The notes beneath the pieces are model-generated. The model saw only the letters and a program-made list of their open reading frames with translations, had not been told where the DNA came from and searched no databases. Positions 18,651-27,656 of a stretch of DNA of 53,624 bases are shown here, piece after piece. A program made the translations under genes and the position numbers. The DNA is taken from positions 1 through 53,624 of the forward strand of contig LCCV01000006.1 in assembly GCA_000998135.1 (NCBI GenBank), written 5' to 3'. Numbering within the stretch: position 1 is the stretch's first letter; each line of letters opens with the position of its first letter. Origin of the DNA: Parcubacteria group bacterium GW2011_GWA2_42_14 (GTDB taxonomy: Bacteria; Patescibacteriota; Minisyncoccia; Sungbacterales; GWA2-42-14).

Positions 18651-18743
18651 TTTTCATTCCCTTTTTAAAGACCGGCAAAAACATATTTTTATTCTAAACG
18701 CCCCTTGTTAAATTGTCAAATGCGCAGGCAAACTATTCGCTTA

Positions 18744-18794
18744 TTCGCGCGAACTGGCGAATGGTTGCTATGTCGAAATTTAAAAAATCCGCCG
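18744..18794. repeat. Direct repeat copy 1 (copy 2 at 20111-20163)
   Basis: Shares the identical 23-mer TTGCTATGTCGAAATTTAAAAAA plus flanking TTCGYRCGAA and TCCGCCG. Confidence 0.8.
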
Positions 18795-18818
18795 AGTTAA
18801 TTGCGGCGGATTGCTTTT

Positions 18819-19612
18819 TTAAAAAGCTATATTGCAAAGTTCAATAGAATATTTATGCCGATATCCTCGCTGTTCCAACAATTTTCGTTGATACCGCATA
18901 TGAGCCGCTCCAAATTTTACACCTATTGATTGAGGATTTTTCTCACGAATAATTTGATCAAACTTTCGAAAAACCATCTCATCTCGCGGCCGACCTATAG
19001 CGCCCGGAAGTATATCCATCAACACCTCATCCGACCACAAAAAAATAAATCCGTCTCCCCATTCTTTTTTTGAAAATTGATTATTTTCAACACGTTTTAA
19101 TGCGTTTTTAACATATTCAACAACATTCTTCTTTCTAAAAACAGAAAGGCGATTTAACCCCTCTTTCATCTTCTCTTCCGGAGAAAAATCAAATTTCTCT
19201 TCATCCCCGGCTTCCCACCCACTTCCCGCTACATCAAATTGGCCGCTCTCTGAAACAAGGTCTTTAAAATATTGCTGAATCACAATAAAGTAAGTGCGAA
19301 TTGCCGGAAAAAAGGCCTCATCAATTACTTCGCTGTTCATTTTTCTAAAATCTTCTTCCGTCTCTTTTTGAAAATCCTCATCAGAAATTGCCTCTTGCGA
19401 TGAGGGATGAATACAGTATTCATACAAAACGACTTCACATGGTTCTAATATTTTTTTAACATTTTCATAATATTTCTTATCGCCGACATGGTTCATGCCA
19501 ACCATAATTACCCTTTCCCCAATTGCGGGTGTTCATAATAATGCGCATACGTATAAATTCAACCTGGTTTTATAACAAACTCACCGCCATCTTGAGAAAC
19601 TATTTCTGCCAC
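18819..19612 (-). pseudogene. Hypothetical gene with disrupted 5' end (intact portion 18819-19505)
   Basis: GTG 19612 frame has an in-frame TGA at 19561-59 and a frameshift near 19510 before VIMVGMNHVGDKKYYE. Confidence 0.5.
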
Positions 19613-19740
19613 TCTAATTTCCTATTTTTAAAAACCTATTTTTATCTTATTTCATAATAGAAAACCGCAATCAAGTGTCAACCAATAACAACCTAGCAAC
19701 CTAAACTATTTACTACTTAAAACAGCCAGACAACTGTTCT

Positions 19741-19758
19741 CTTATTCGTACGAATAAG
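19741..19758. promoter_or_regulatory. Perfect 18-bp palindrome upstream of the ArsR gene
   Basis: CTTATTCGTACGAATAAG. Confidence 0.65.
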
Positions 19759-19801
19759 CGAATAATTGCATGAACGATAGGAATAGTATACTGATAGCTA
19801 T

Positions 19802-20074
19802 ATGGATAATCATATGAAAAAATTAGAACGAACAATCAAGGCAATGGCCAATTATAGGAGACTTGCCATTCTTGCCTACCTTAAGGGTGAAAGGGAAGCG
19901 ACTGTGGGCAATATTGCCGCAGCCATTCACCTTTCGTTTCGATCAACCTCGAAACATCTTGGTGTCCTGGCAGCAGCTGACATTGTTGAAAAAGAGCAGA
20001 GAAGGTTAGAGGCGTTTTATTGGATAGCTCCGGCTCTTAAACCGGCTGCAAGCCGAATTATTTCTCTTCTATAA
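19802..20074 (+). CDS. ArsR/SmtB-family transcriptional regulator
   Basis: KAMANYRRLAILAYL...STSKHLGVLAAADIV winged HTH. Confidence 0.9.
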   Translation: MDNHMKKLERTIKAMANYRRLAILAYLKGEREATVGNIAAAIHLSFRSTSKHLGVLAAADIVEKEQRRLEAFYWIAPALKPAASRIISLL

Positions 20075-20110
20075 TTTTTTGTTTTCTATGTTATTTGTAT
20101 GATTACACCA

Positions 20111-20163
20111 TTCGTACGAATTAGCAAATGATTGCTATGTCGAAATTTAAAAAAAATCCGCCG
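20111..20163. repeat. Direct repeat copy 2
   Basis: See 18744-18794. Confidence 0.8.
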
Positions 20164-20186
20164 CCTTGATAGGCAGCGGGCTATTT

Positions 20187-20519
20187 TTATTTCTTCTTTA
20201 TGCGGCCGTATACCCTTTTATCGACTATTTTATTCTTTTTAATAAACTCGACTTCAATGTCAATTCCCAGTTCTATCCCTACTGCAAAAATCATATTTAT
20301 GACATCTGCGATTTCTTCTCCAACCGTCGCGGAAATCTCACGGTTTTGATCGACATGCATCCCGCTTATTTTTCTGCACGCATTTACTAATTCGCCCAAT
20401 TCTTCTGTCAATAAAAGCAATCGTTCCTGCAAAGTTTCATCTTCAAATCCGCGCTCTTTGATTTTACAAGCAACAAAGTACTGCAGATGTTTTATTGTAC
20501 CATTTTTTAATTTGAACAT
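20187..20519 (-). CDS. MazG-like nucleotide pyrophosphohydrolase
   Basis: LLLTEELGEL...EEIADV. Confidence 0.9.
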   Translation of the reverse strand: MFKLKNGTIKHLQYFVACKIKERGFEDETLQERLLLLTEELGELVNACRKISGMHVDQNREISATVGEEIADVINMIFAVGIELGIDIEVEFIKKNKIVDKRVYGRIKKK

Positions 20520-20579
20520 TTTTTCTTATCAAAAATCTTGCTTTTTAAACCGTTTTTATGATATAATGTAAAAAGAAAA

Positions 20580-22760
20580 ATGTCAACAGGACCGCCGATA
20601 CGAGAATTTCTGATTGTTTCTATAACCCCCCAATTTTTGGAAAGGGGTGTTTTGTGGTTTCAGGAAAATTACGAAAAAGTTAAACACGCTATAAGAAGTC
20701 CTTCGGCAAGCTCAGGAAATACAATTGGGTTTTGGCAAAATAACGCGCTGATTATTGAAAAAGAGCTGGAAATAAAGCCCGGAGAATTTTTACGGCGCAT
20801 TTCCGGTTTCGGCTATGAAAAAACTGGGATGCTTTTCGGAAAAGGGGAATTCGCGCATCACGGAAATATAATTGATATTTGGCCGATAAACTCCGATGCG
20901 CCCTTCAAAATTGAATTTTTTGGAAATAAGATTGAAGAAATTTACCTACAACCTACAACCGACAACAAACAACCGACAACTACTACGCGATTTACAAAAA
21001 AATACGGAAGTCTTAAAAATTTAAAACCGGGTAATTATGTCGTTCACGTTGACCATGGTATAGGAATTTTTCGCGGTATTACCGCGAAAAATGAAATCCA
21101 AAATCCGAAATCCGAAATCCTAAACAAACCCAAAATTCAAAACCACAAAATACAAAACGAGTTTGGAAATTTAAAATTGGAAATTGAAAATTCCACCACA
21201 AAAAATGCCGATGCATTTTTTATGGTTGAATATGCTCCGCCCAGAGACAGAACCGAACCTGACCGGCTTTTTGTCCCGGTTGAACAGGAAAAACGCCTTT
21301 CCCCTTATATCGGCTTTGAAACGCCTGTAATCCATCGCCTGGGAGGAAATCTCTGGACAAAAATCAAAAAACGAATAAGAGAGGACGCCGAAAAATTGGC
21401 CAAAGAATTGCTTAAAATTTACGCGGTGAGGGAAAGCATTACAAGGCCTCCTTACCAATTTGACGAAACAATGGCGCGTGAATTTGCCGATGAATTTGAA
21501 TTTGTTGAAACCGAAGACCAAACCAAGGCCATTGAAGACATTAAAAAAGATTTTTTGCGGGAAAGCCCCATGGACAGGATTATTTGCGGAGATGTTGGAT
21601 TCGGCAAAACCGAAGTGGCTATGCGGGCCGTGTTTGACGCTGTCGCGAATAATTATCAGGTTGCCTTAATTTCACCAACCACGATTCTTGCCAATGAACA
21701 CAATAAAAATTTTGAAAAACGTTTTGCAAAATTCCCCGTGGAAATTTGTTCGCTTTCCCGTTTAACTCCGGCAAAAGAACTTAAAAAAACCTTGGAAAAA
21801 ATAAAAGAAGGGAAATGCGACATAGTTATAGGCACCCATCGCCTGCTTTCTCAAGACGTTGCATTCAAAAATTTAGGCCTAGTTATTATTGACGAAGAAC
21901 AGCGTTTCGGCGTCAAGCAAAAAGAAAAATTCAAAGAACTCCGCTCTTCCTGCGATATTTTATCGCTTTCGGCCACACCCATTCCAAGAACGCTTAACTT
22001 GGCCATGGCCAAACTTCGCGACCTTTCCATAATTTCTACGCCGCCCCCCGGCCGCCTGCCTATTAAAACATTCATTCTCCCGCATTCTTATAAAATATTT
22101 GCCCGGGCGATTATTTCGGAAATTAAGAGAAAAGGCCAAATTTATTTTCTTCATAACCGCATTGAAACAATTGAAAAAGTTAAAGAAAAATTGCAAAGAG
22201 CGCTTGAAAAAGAGAAAAAAAATAAAAGTAGCGCAAATTTTCGCACTCGTGAAAATTTGCGCGTCAATTCCACCTTCCACTTTCCGCTTTCCACCCCCCG
22301 TATAGAAATCATCCACGGCCGGATGGATGAAAAAACCATGATTAGAATCATGGATGAATTCCGCGCCAAAAAAATTGATATACTACTCGCAACGACAATC
22401 ATTGAAAACGGCCTAGATTTTTCCAATGCCAATACCCTGATAGTGGACGATGCAACCCGGCTTGGTTTGGCACAGGCCTATCAAATAAGAGGAAGAATAG
22501 GAAGAGGCGATAAAGAGGCCTACGCATATTTTTCCTATCGGCCAAATTCAATTACCGAAATGGCTATGGAGCGGCTTCTGGCTCTCAAAGAATTTGAAGA
22601 ACTGGGCTCGGGATATGAAGTAGCTCTTCGGGACCTTGAAATGCGCGGAGCGGGAAATATTTTGGGACGGGAACAATCGGGAGCCATTAACCGCGTGGGC
22701 CTTAACCTTTACTGCCAAATCTTGGCCGATGCGGTTGAAGAATTAAAAAAGACGGCGTAA
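20580..22760 (+). CDS. mfd: Transcription-repair coupling factor (shortened form)
   Basis: YVVHVDHGIG (RID), GDVGFGKTEVA, IIDEEQRFG, SATPIPRT, QIRGRIGR, DLEMRGAGNILG; lacks the C-terminal TRCF domain. Confidence 0.92.
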   Translation: MSTGPPIREFLIVSITPQFLERGVLWFQENYEKVKHAIRSPSASSGNTIGFWQNNALIIEKELEIKPGEFLRRISGFGYEKTGMLFGKGEFAHHGNIIDIWPINSDAPFKIEFFGNKIEEIYLQPTTDNKQPTTTTRFTKKYGSLKNLKPGNYVVHVDHGIGIFRGITAKNEIQNPKSEILNKPKIQNHKIQNEFGNLKLEIENSTTKNADAFFMVEYAPPRDRTEPDRLFVPVEQEKRLSPYIGFETPVIHRLGGNLWTKIKKRIREDAEKLAKELLKIYAVRESITRPPYQFDETMAREFADEFEFVETEDQTKAIEDIKKDFLRESPMDRIICGDVGFGKTEVAMRAVFDAVANNYQVALISPTTILANEHNKNFEKRFAKFPVEICSLSRLTPAKELKKTLEKIKEGKCDIVIGTHRLLSQDVAFKNLGLVIIDEEQRFGVKQKEKFKELRSSCDILSLSATPIPRTLNLAMAKLRDLSIISTPPPGRLPIKTFILPHSYKIFARAIISEIKRKGQIYFLHNRIETIEKVKEKLQRALEKEKKNKSSANFRTRENLRVNSTFHFPLSTPRIEIIHGRMDEKTMIRIMDEFRAKKIDILLATTIIENGLDFSNANTLIVDDATRLGLAQAYQIRGRIGRGDKEAYAYFSYRPNSITEMAMERLLALKEFEELGSGYEVALRDLEMRGAGNILGREQSGAINRVGLNLYCQILADAVEELKKTA

Positions 22761-22788
22761 TGCCGTCTCAAAAATCTAACTAAAAAAA

Positions 22789-24531
22789 TTAATTTTCTTT
22801 CGGGTTAAGATCATTTTCCTTGTTCTCTTTAACCGCTTCCACAAAAGCCTGAATAACCGGCGCGGAAATCGCATAAGTGGCATCACTGACATCCTTGGGT
22901 TCATTAGGGTCAATCCCTGTATTCATAAACAAACCGACAACCTCGCCCCGAACGTTAAAAATCGGCGCTCCCAAAGCGATATTTTTTACCTTAGCCGGAA
23001 AAATAAGCGCGGGTCCTACCCGATTAAGAAGGATTTCCGAATACGGCAGGGAATCACCGTTTCCGATATTTTTCAAAACCAGCGAAAAATAAATAGTGCC
23101 GACTTTTGTTTTTTCCGAAAAAACAACTGGCTTTTTATAATTAGGATACGGCTTTTCAAGTTTGAATAATGCCAACCCGATTTCTGATTCGGCAAACACC
23201 AGCTTGGCCGGAATACGATTAAAAAAGTAATGAGACCTATAGGCCTGCAACGGGTCTTTATTCAAAAACGAGGTAACACTAACAATATATTTTTCATCAA
23301 CCAAAAATGCGTTGGTGTAACGATAGACAGAATTCCCTCTCCAGTCAATAGAATCTTCAGTAAGCAGTCCCTGATTTCCGCTAATCACTTCGGCCACAGC
23401 CGGGGGAAGAAGCTCAAGCGATTCTCCGAAATTAGGAAAAGAATTTTTCTTTTTTTCCGGCAATTGGGGCGACTCACCGCCGCCGTTTTCTTCTTCCAAA
23501 CCCCTCATCGGGCGCTCGGTTAAAACAACGTTAAGTTTTAATTTCTGGCCGTTACGCAAAACCTCCATAGGCAGGGAAACTCCGACAGGAGAACGCGCCA
23601 CCAACCTTTGCAGATGGAACGCTCCGGTAATACTAACACCATTGAAAGAAACAATAATATCGCCATTGCTAACTCCGGCCAAAGCCGCCCCCGTATTTTC
23701 CTGAACGCCGACAATAAAAACGCCCTCATTTGCCGGAAGAGGCCAGGGAATATTTTTTGCCTTAGCCGTTTCTTCGTCTAAATCCTGTGTCAAATCAGTA
23801 ATTTCCACCCCTAGGTGCGCGTAAGTAACCTTGCCTTTCGCTATAATTTCCCGAGCCGATTTCAAAACATCATTAATAGGAATGGCAAAACCAATGTTGT
23901 TGGCTTTTTCTGGATTAATGATGGAAGAATTCATTCCAACAACTTCTCCCTTAATGCTAAATAATGGCCCGCCGGAGTTTCCCGGGTTGATTGCGGCATC
24001 AGTCTGAATAACTTCCTGGGTTCCGCCGAATGGACCGCCCCTATGAACACCGCTTACAACACCCACAGTAACACTCTGGTATAACCCAAAAGGAGTGCCA
24101 ATCGCGTATACCCATTCACCGGGTTTAACCTTGTCGGAATCTCCAAGCGGGACCGGAGCCAAATTAACCGGTTCATCAATCTTCACAACAGCGACATCAA
24201 GTTCCGTATCCGGTTTGCCTACCACCCGCGCCTTATAATATTTTTTCTCGGAAACATACACCTTAACTTCTTTGTCGTCCTTAACCACATGGGCGTTGGT
24301 CAAAATGAAACCATCTGCCGTCAAAACAAATCCGCTTCCCTGGCCCTTGCCGTTTACCGAAATCAAAACGGTGTGCTTAACGCTCTTTTCAAAAAGATTG
24401 GAAAAGGTATCAGGGTGGATGGTTGTATCGATTTTCTTGTTCTTCGAAGAAGCGGCATGGAGGTCATTAACCGTTACAAAAGTTGCTAATAAAACCATCA
24501 ATATAACCAACCACGTTTTTCCAAAACGCAT
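22789..24531 (-). CDS. HtrA/DegP-family serine protease with PDZ and an extra C-terminal trypsin-like domain
   Basis: Signal peptide; GSGF, TNAHVV, DVAVV, QTDAAINPGNSGGPL; PDZ; second domain ending GAPIFNVRGEVVG. Confidence 0.9.
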   Translation of the reverse strand: MRFGKTWLVILMVLLATFVTVNDLHAASSKNKKIDTTIHPDTFSNLFEKSVKHTVLISVNGKGQGSGFVLTADGFILTNAHVVKDDKEVKVYVSEKKYYKARVVGKPDTELDVAVVKIDEPVNLAPVPLGDSDKVKPGEWVYAIGTPFGLYQSVTVGVVSGVHRGGPFGGTQEVIQTDAAINPGNSGGPLFSIKGEVVGMNSSIINPEKANNIGFAIPINDVLKSAREIIAKGKVTYAHLGVEITDLTQDLDEETAKAKNIPWPLPANEGVFIVGVQENTGAALAGVSNGDIIVSFNGVSITGAFHLQRLVARSPVGVSLPMEVLRNGQKLKLNVVLTERPMRGLEEENGGGESPQLPEKKKNSFPNFGESLELLPPAVAEVISGNQGLLTEDSIDWRGNSVYRYTNAFLVDEKYIVSVTSFLNKDPLQAYRSHYFFNRIPAKLVFAESEIGLALFKLEKPYPNYKKPVVFSEKTKVGTIYFSLVLKNIGNGDSLPYSEILLNRVGPALIFPAKVKNIALGAPIFNVRGEVVGLFMNTGIDPNEPKDVSDATYAISAPVIQAFVEAVKENKENDLNPKEN

Positions 24532-24549
24532 TTTCGTTCTCCTTTTTCA

Positions 24550-24660
24550 AGGACAAAAAAACAGGGATTTTCGCCTACTCCTTCCTATTCAAGCATGTCA
24601 AAGTGCCATGCTTTCTTAGGAATAGAGTCGAAGAGAAAACCCCCGTTTTCTTTGCCCTTT
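24550..24660 (-). ncRNA. Rod-like structured leader RNA upstream of htrA
   Basis: Nested IRs whose G-U pairs favour the minus strand; TTGACA-16-TATAAT promoter at ~24714-24687. Confidence 0.45.
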
Positions 24661-24841
24661 TCTTTCCAGAAAGCTATTGTAATTACATTATATCATGCTG
24701 GAATCTATTGTCAAATTATTAACCGCTAATCAATCGCGAATTATTTCGCGAATGGTTCGATAAACTCACCATAAATATTCGCGAATAAAATTAGTGATTG
24801 ATTAGAGAGAATTGGACAAAAGAAAAAAATAAAGCCGCCCG

Positions 24842-25909
24842 TTAACCGCGGGCGGCAAAATTAAATTTAAAGAACTTAGGAATATAATCGCGCAATCTTA
24901 TTTTGTGATTAATCTTAAAGAACAAAAAGAAGAGCATTAGGCCCAATGAACCAAGAGGAACATCGGCATCAGTCCACACCGGCACAGGCCGGGTAGCTTT
25001 CGTCTTCACATCTTCAAAAATTTTAGAAAGATGTTTCTTCAGCTCTCCGGAATTTTTGTAAGTGTAGGACTCGCCGCCTGTGTCTTTAGCAATTTTATAA
25101 AGGGTGGCTTCATCAACTTCAGTATATGTTGTCTCGCGATTCTCATTTTCCAGAAATCCGATTCCGCGGCGGCCGGGGACAGGAGACCTTGCGAAACCCA
25201 CCGCGATAGTATCAATCACGATTTTTTTCTCCCGAGCATAAGCAATGCCGAAATCAACGTCAGTTTCTTCTGACTCTGTTTTATCGCCATCGCTTTCCAA
25301 AATCAATCTCCTGATTTTTGCCTGCTCCGGAAACATATCTGCCGTCACCTTAATCGCCGCTTCAAAATTAGTTCCCTGATTTTCAAAAAAATCAGGAGTT
25401 ATAGCGTCCAATTTTTGCAAAAAAAGGTCATAGTTGGAGGTTGCTTCCTGCACGGGAATGGCTTCTCCCGCAAAAACAACAAGGCACTGTGGAATTCCTG
25501 CAGGAAAAGGAGGCGCTAAAAATTCCCGAATCTCGCGCTTGGATTGTCCTATTCTGCCATCCGGGCCAAAATGGCCTTCTTCCGCTCTGGTCGAGCCGGA
25601 AATATCTACAGACCAGCACATTACCACGTCTTCTTTGAAAAAATGCGGAACCCAGGCCTGATACTGCATACCGGACAAAAACATAACGCCGATTGCGAAC
25701 AAAAGGCCAAAAACAGCGCACTCTTTTAAATATTGCCGAAGCATCTGTTTTCTCAAAATCAAAAATTGCTCAAAAAATGCTTTGGAACCAGACAATCGTT
25801 TTCCTTTCATCAGTATTCTTAAATACGGAATAAAAAGAAAGGCGGGAAAACCCGCCAATAACCAAAGATAGCGCGGGTCCGTAAACTGAAAACCGGGCAA
25901 ACCGCCCAT
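24842..25909 (-). CDS. VWA-domain membrane protein (BatB-like)
   Basis: FTDPRYLWLL N-terminus, VDISGS MIDAS, GTNFEAAI, SDG, DEATLYKIAKDTGG. Confidence 0.88.
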   Translation of the reverse strand: MGGLPGFQFTDPRYLWLLAGFPAFLFIPYLRILMKGKRLSGSKAFFEQFLILRKQMLRQYLKECAVFGLLFAIGVMFLSGMQYQAWVPHFFKEDVVMCWSVDISGSTRAEEGHFGPDGRIGQSKREIREFLAPPFPAGIPQCLVVFAGEAIPVQEATSNYDLFLQKLDAITPDFFENQGTNFEAAIKVTADMFPEQAKIRRLILESDGDKTESEETDVDFGIAYAREKKIVIDTIAVGFARSPVPGRRGIGFLENENRETTYTEVDEATLYKIAKDTGGESYTYKNSGELKKHLSKIFEDVKTKATRPVPVWTDADVPLGSLGLMLFFLFFKINHKIRLRDYIPKFFKFNFAARG

Positions 25910-26595
25910 TAGTGCGCTCCCTTAATTGATTTTCCGGGAGATGCGCCGGGAATATAAAACGGCAACTTGTCGCCTTCCTGCGAGGAACTGCCGTCCTGGG
26001 CCGAACCATTTTCATCTCCAAAAAGATTTCCTAATCCCTGGCCTTCGCCTTTTCCGTCTTTATTTGAGGGAGGAACTCTTGTTAGCCAATCAATATTTTG
26101 TCCGACAAAAATCATGCAGGATACGTTGTTCCCGCAATTCTTGAGCGATGTCAGATAATCATCAAGAGCAGATTTTGCCAATTTCTTAATCATCGCCGGA
26201 TCTTCTTTTAAAATCATTCCCAAAAATACCTGATAAACTTCGGCATTGGCCTTATTGTTCCAAACCTGCCAAAGCCACGATACATCCTGAACGTTTTTAA
26301 GATTAAGGGAATCCAGCTGTCTTACGTAAGAAACATAAGACGCTTTAAGCTCTTCAATATTTACGGTTTCTGGCGCGTTGGGTTTCTCAGCAGCATTAAC
26401 CAATCCCCAGAAACGGGAATCGTCCTCGCGATATGCCTCATTGGCTTTCAAAAACTCATCAAAAGCCGAACTTTTCGGAATATTTTTCGCTTTTTCGGCC
26501 TCATATCCGAAATAGGAAAAAAAACCGCCGAAGCCGACCAGCATTATTCCGAAAAAAAACAATAAGAATTTTTTCTTGTTTTTACCCTTATTCAC
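25909..26595 (-). CDS. Membrane-anchored TPR-like protein (BatC/MxaK-like)
   Basis: AAGGAGG RBS plus GTG 26595 overlapping the VWA stop; TM helix, ANEAY, WNNKANA, Gly-rich tail. Confidence 0.65.
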   Translation of the reverse strand: MNKGKNKKKFLLFFFGIMLVGFGGFFSYFGYEAEKAKNIPKSSAFDEFLKANEAYREDDSRFWGLVNAAEKPNAPETVNIEELKASYVSYVRQLDSLNLKNVQDVSWLWQVWNNKANAEVYQVFLGMILKEDPAMIKKLAKSALDDYLTSLKNCGNNVSCMIFVGQNIDWLTRVPPSNKDGKGEGQGLGNLFGDENGSAQDGSSSQEGDKLPFYIPGASPGKSIKGAH

Positions 26596-27655
26596 CGGTG
26601 CTACCTCCTTTTCTGTTTCTTGTTTTTCTAAACCGCCAGATAAACTCTTCGGCCAAAAACATAAAAGCATAAAGGGCGGAAAAAAGCATGATTCCCGCTC
26701 CAAGTTCTCGGACAAAGGTACGGGGCCTGATGCCGGAAATAATGCTTGCTTCAAGAGGATTAAGGGTGCCAATATCCGCAAAAACGCTTTGTAATTCTTT
26801 TTCCAGAAGTGCTGGCTTGGAAACAAGCGCCGGGTCAATAAAATATTCTTTGCCGCCGGTATCTCTCACGGCCCTGATAACCGCATCCGGACTATTTTTG
26901 GTAAAAATCATGAAGTATGTCCTGATTCCCAGCTCCCGCATAACGGTTAAAACCTGAACGGGATAAATTCTTTCCGAATTAGGAAAATCCGCGTCGGTTT
27001 CCGCAATCACGATAAAACCAGAATGGGAATTTCTTTTTCCTTCGTTAATTTCCGGCATTTTTTTTCTCTCAAGGGTATTGAGCAAAATATCGCGTTCAGT
27101 TTGTTCATAAATGCCCGCTTCTTTCAGAATAATTTCCAGGGACATTAAAAGCCCTACACCCACCTCGGTTCCTCCGCCAAGAGAGGTGGCGCTAAAAGAT
27201 TTGTTCAGGTCTTCATTGGTAACCTTGGTAATTACTTTGGCTGATTCTCCGCAAAGAGTGCTGACGGCGGTATCGGAAAAATAAACTCCGCAGAATCTGT
27301 CTTGCCTTCGAAGATTCATAAAGGACTCGGAAACTTTTCCCAAAAAATCAAGAAGCTGGCCCATGCTTCCGGAACGGTCCTGCACCAGCACAATCACGTA
27401 ATTTTTAATTTTCGTGTAGCTCGCAACCTCACCCTTGAAAAGCCCTGAAAACAGCAACACCAGCAACGTGCCGGTAAAAGCAATGAAAAAATTGCGGAGG
27501 TGGCGGAAAAAAGATTTCTTTCCGGCACCTCCAGCCCTAACGACTCCGGCAAGCGGCCAATGAAATTCCGGCAGCGCCTTCACCCAAAACATCCATAAAG
27601 CAATGCCTAAAACCGGAATAAAAACCAACAAAAACCACGGTCTCAGGAAACCCAT
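26588..27655 (-). CDS. VWA-domain membrane protein (BatA-like)
   Basis: FLRPWFLL N-terminus, QDRSGSM MIDAS, GGTEVGVGL, DTGGKEY, C-terminal TM. Confidence 0.88.
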   Translation of the reverse strand: MGFLRPWFLLVFIPVLGIALWMFWVKALPEFHWPLAGVVRAGGAGKKSFFRHLRNFFIAFTGTLLVLLFSGLFKGEVASYTKIKNYVIVLVQDRSGSMGQLLDFLGKVSESFMNLRRQDRFCGVYFSDTAVSTLCGESAKVITKVTNEDLNKSFSATSLGGGTEVGVGLLMSLEIILKEAGIYEQTERDILLNTLERKKMPEINEGKRNSHSGFIVIAETDADFPNSERIYPVQVLTVMRELGIRTYFMIFTKNSPDAVIRAVRDTGGKEYFIDPALVSKPALLEKELQSVFADIGTLNPLEASIISGIRPRTFVRELGAGIMLFSALYAFMFLAEEFIWRFRKTRNRKGGSTGE

Positions 27656-27656
27656 A

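Noticed and set aside
19559-19561. In-frame TGA as a sign of genetic code 25
   Set aside because: TGA terminates conserved genes (ftsA, dcd) normally, and a frameshift also lies nearby
26596-26838. N-terminal 81 codons of ORF 25909-26838
   Set aside because: Overlaps the VWA gene; an RBS-supported GTG at 26595 is the better start
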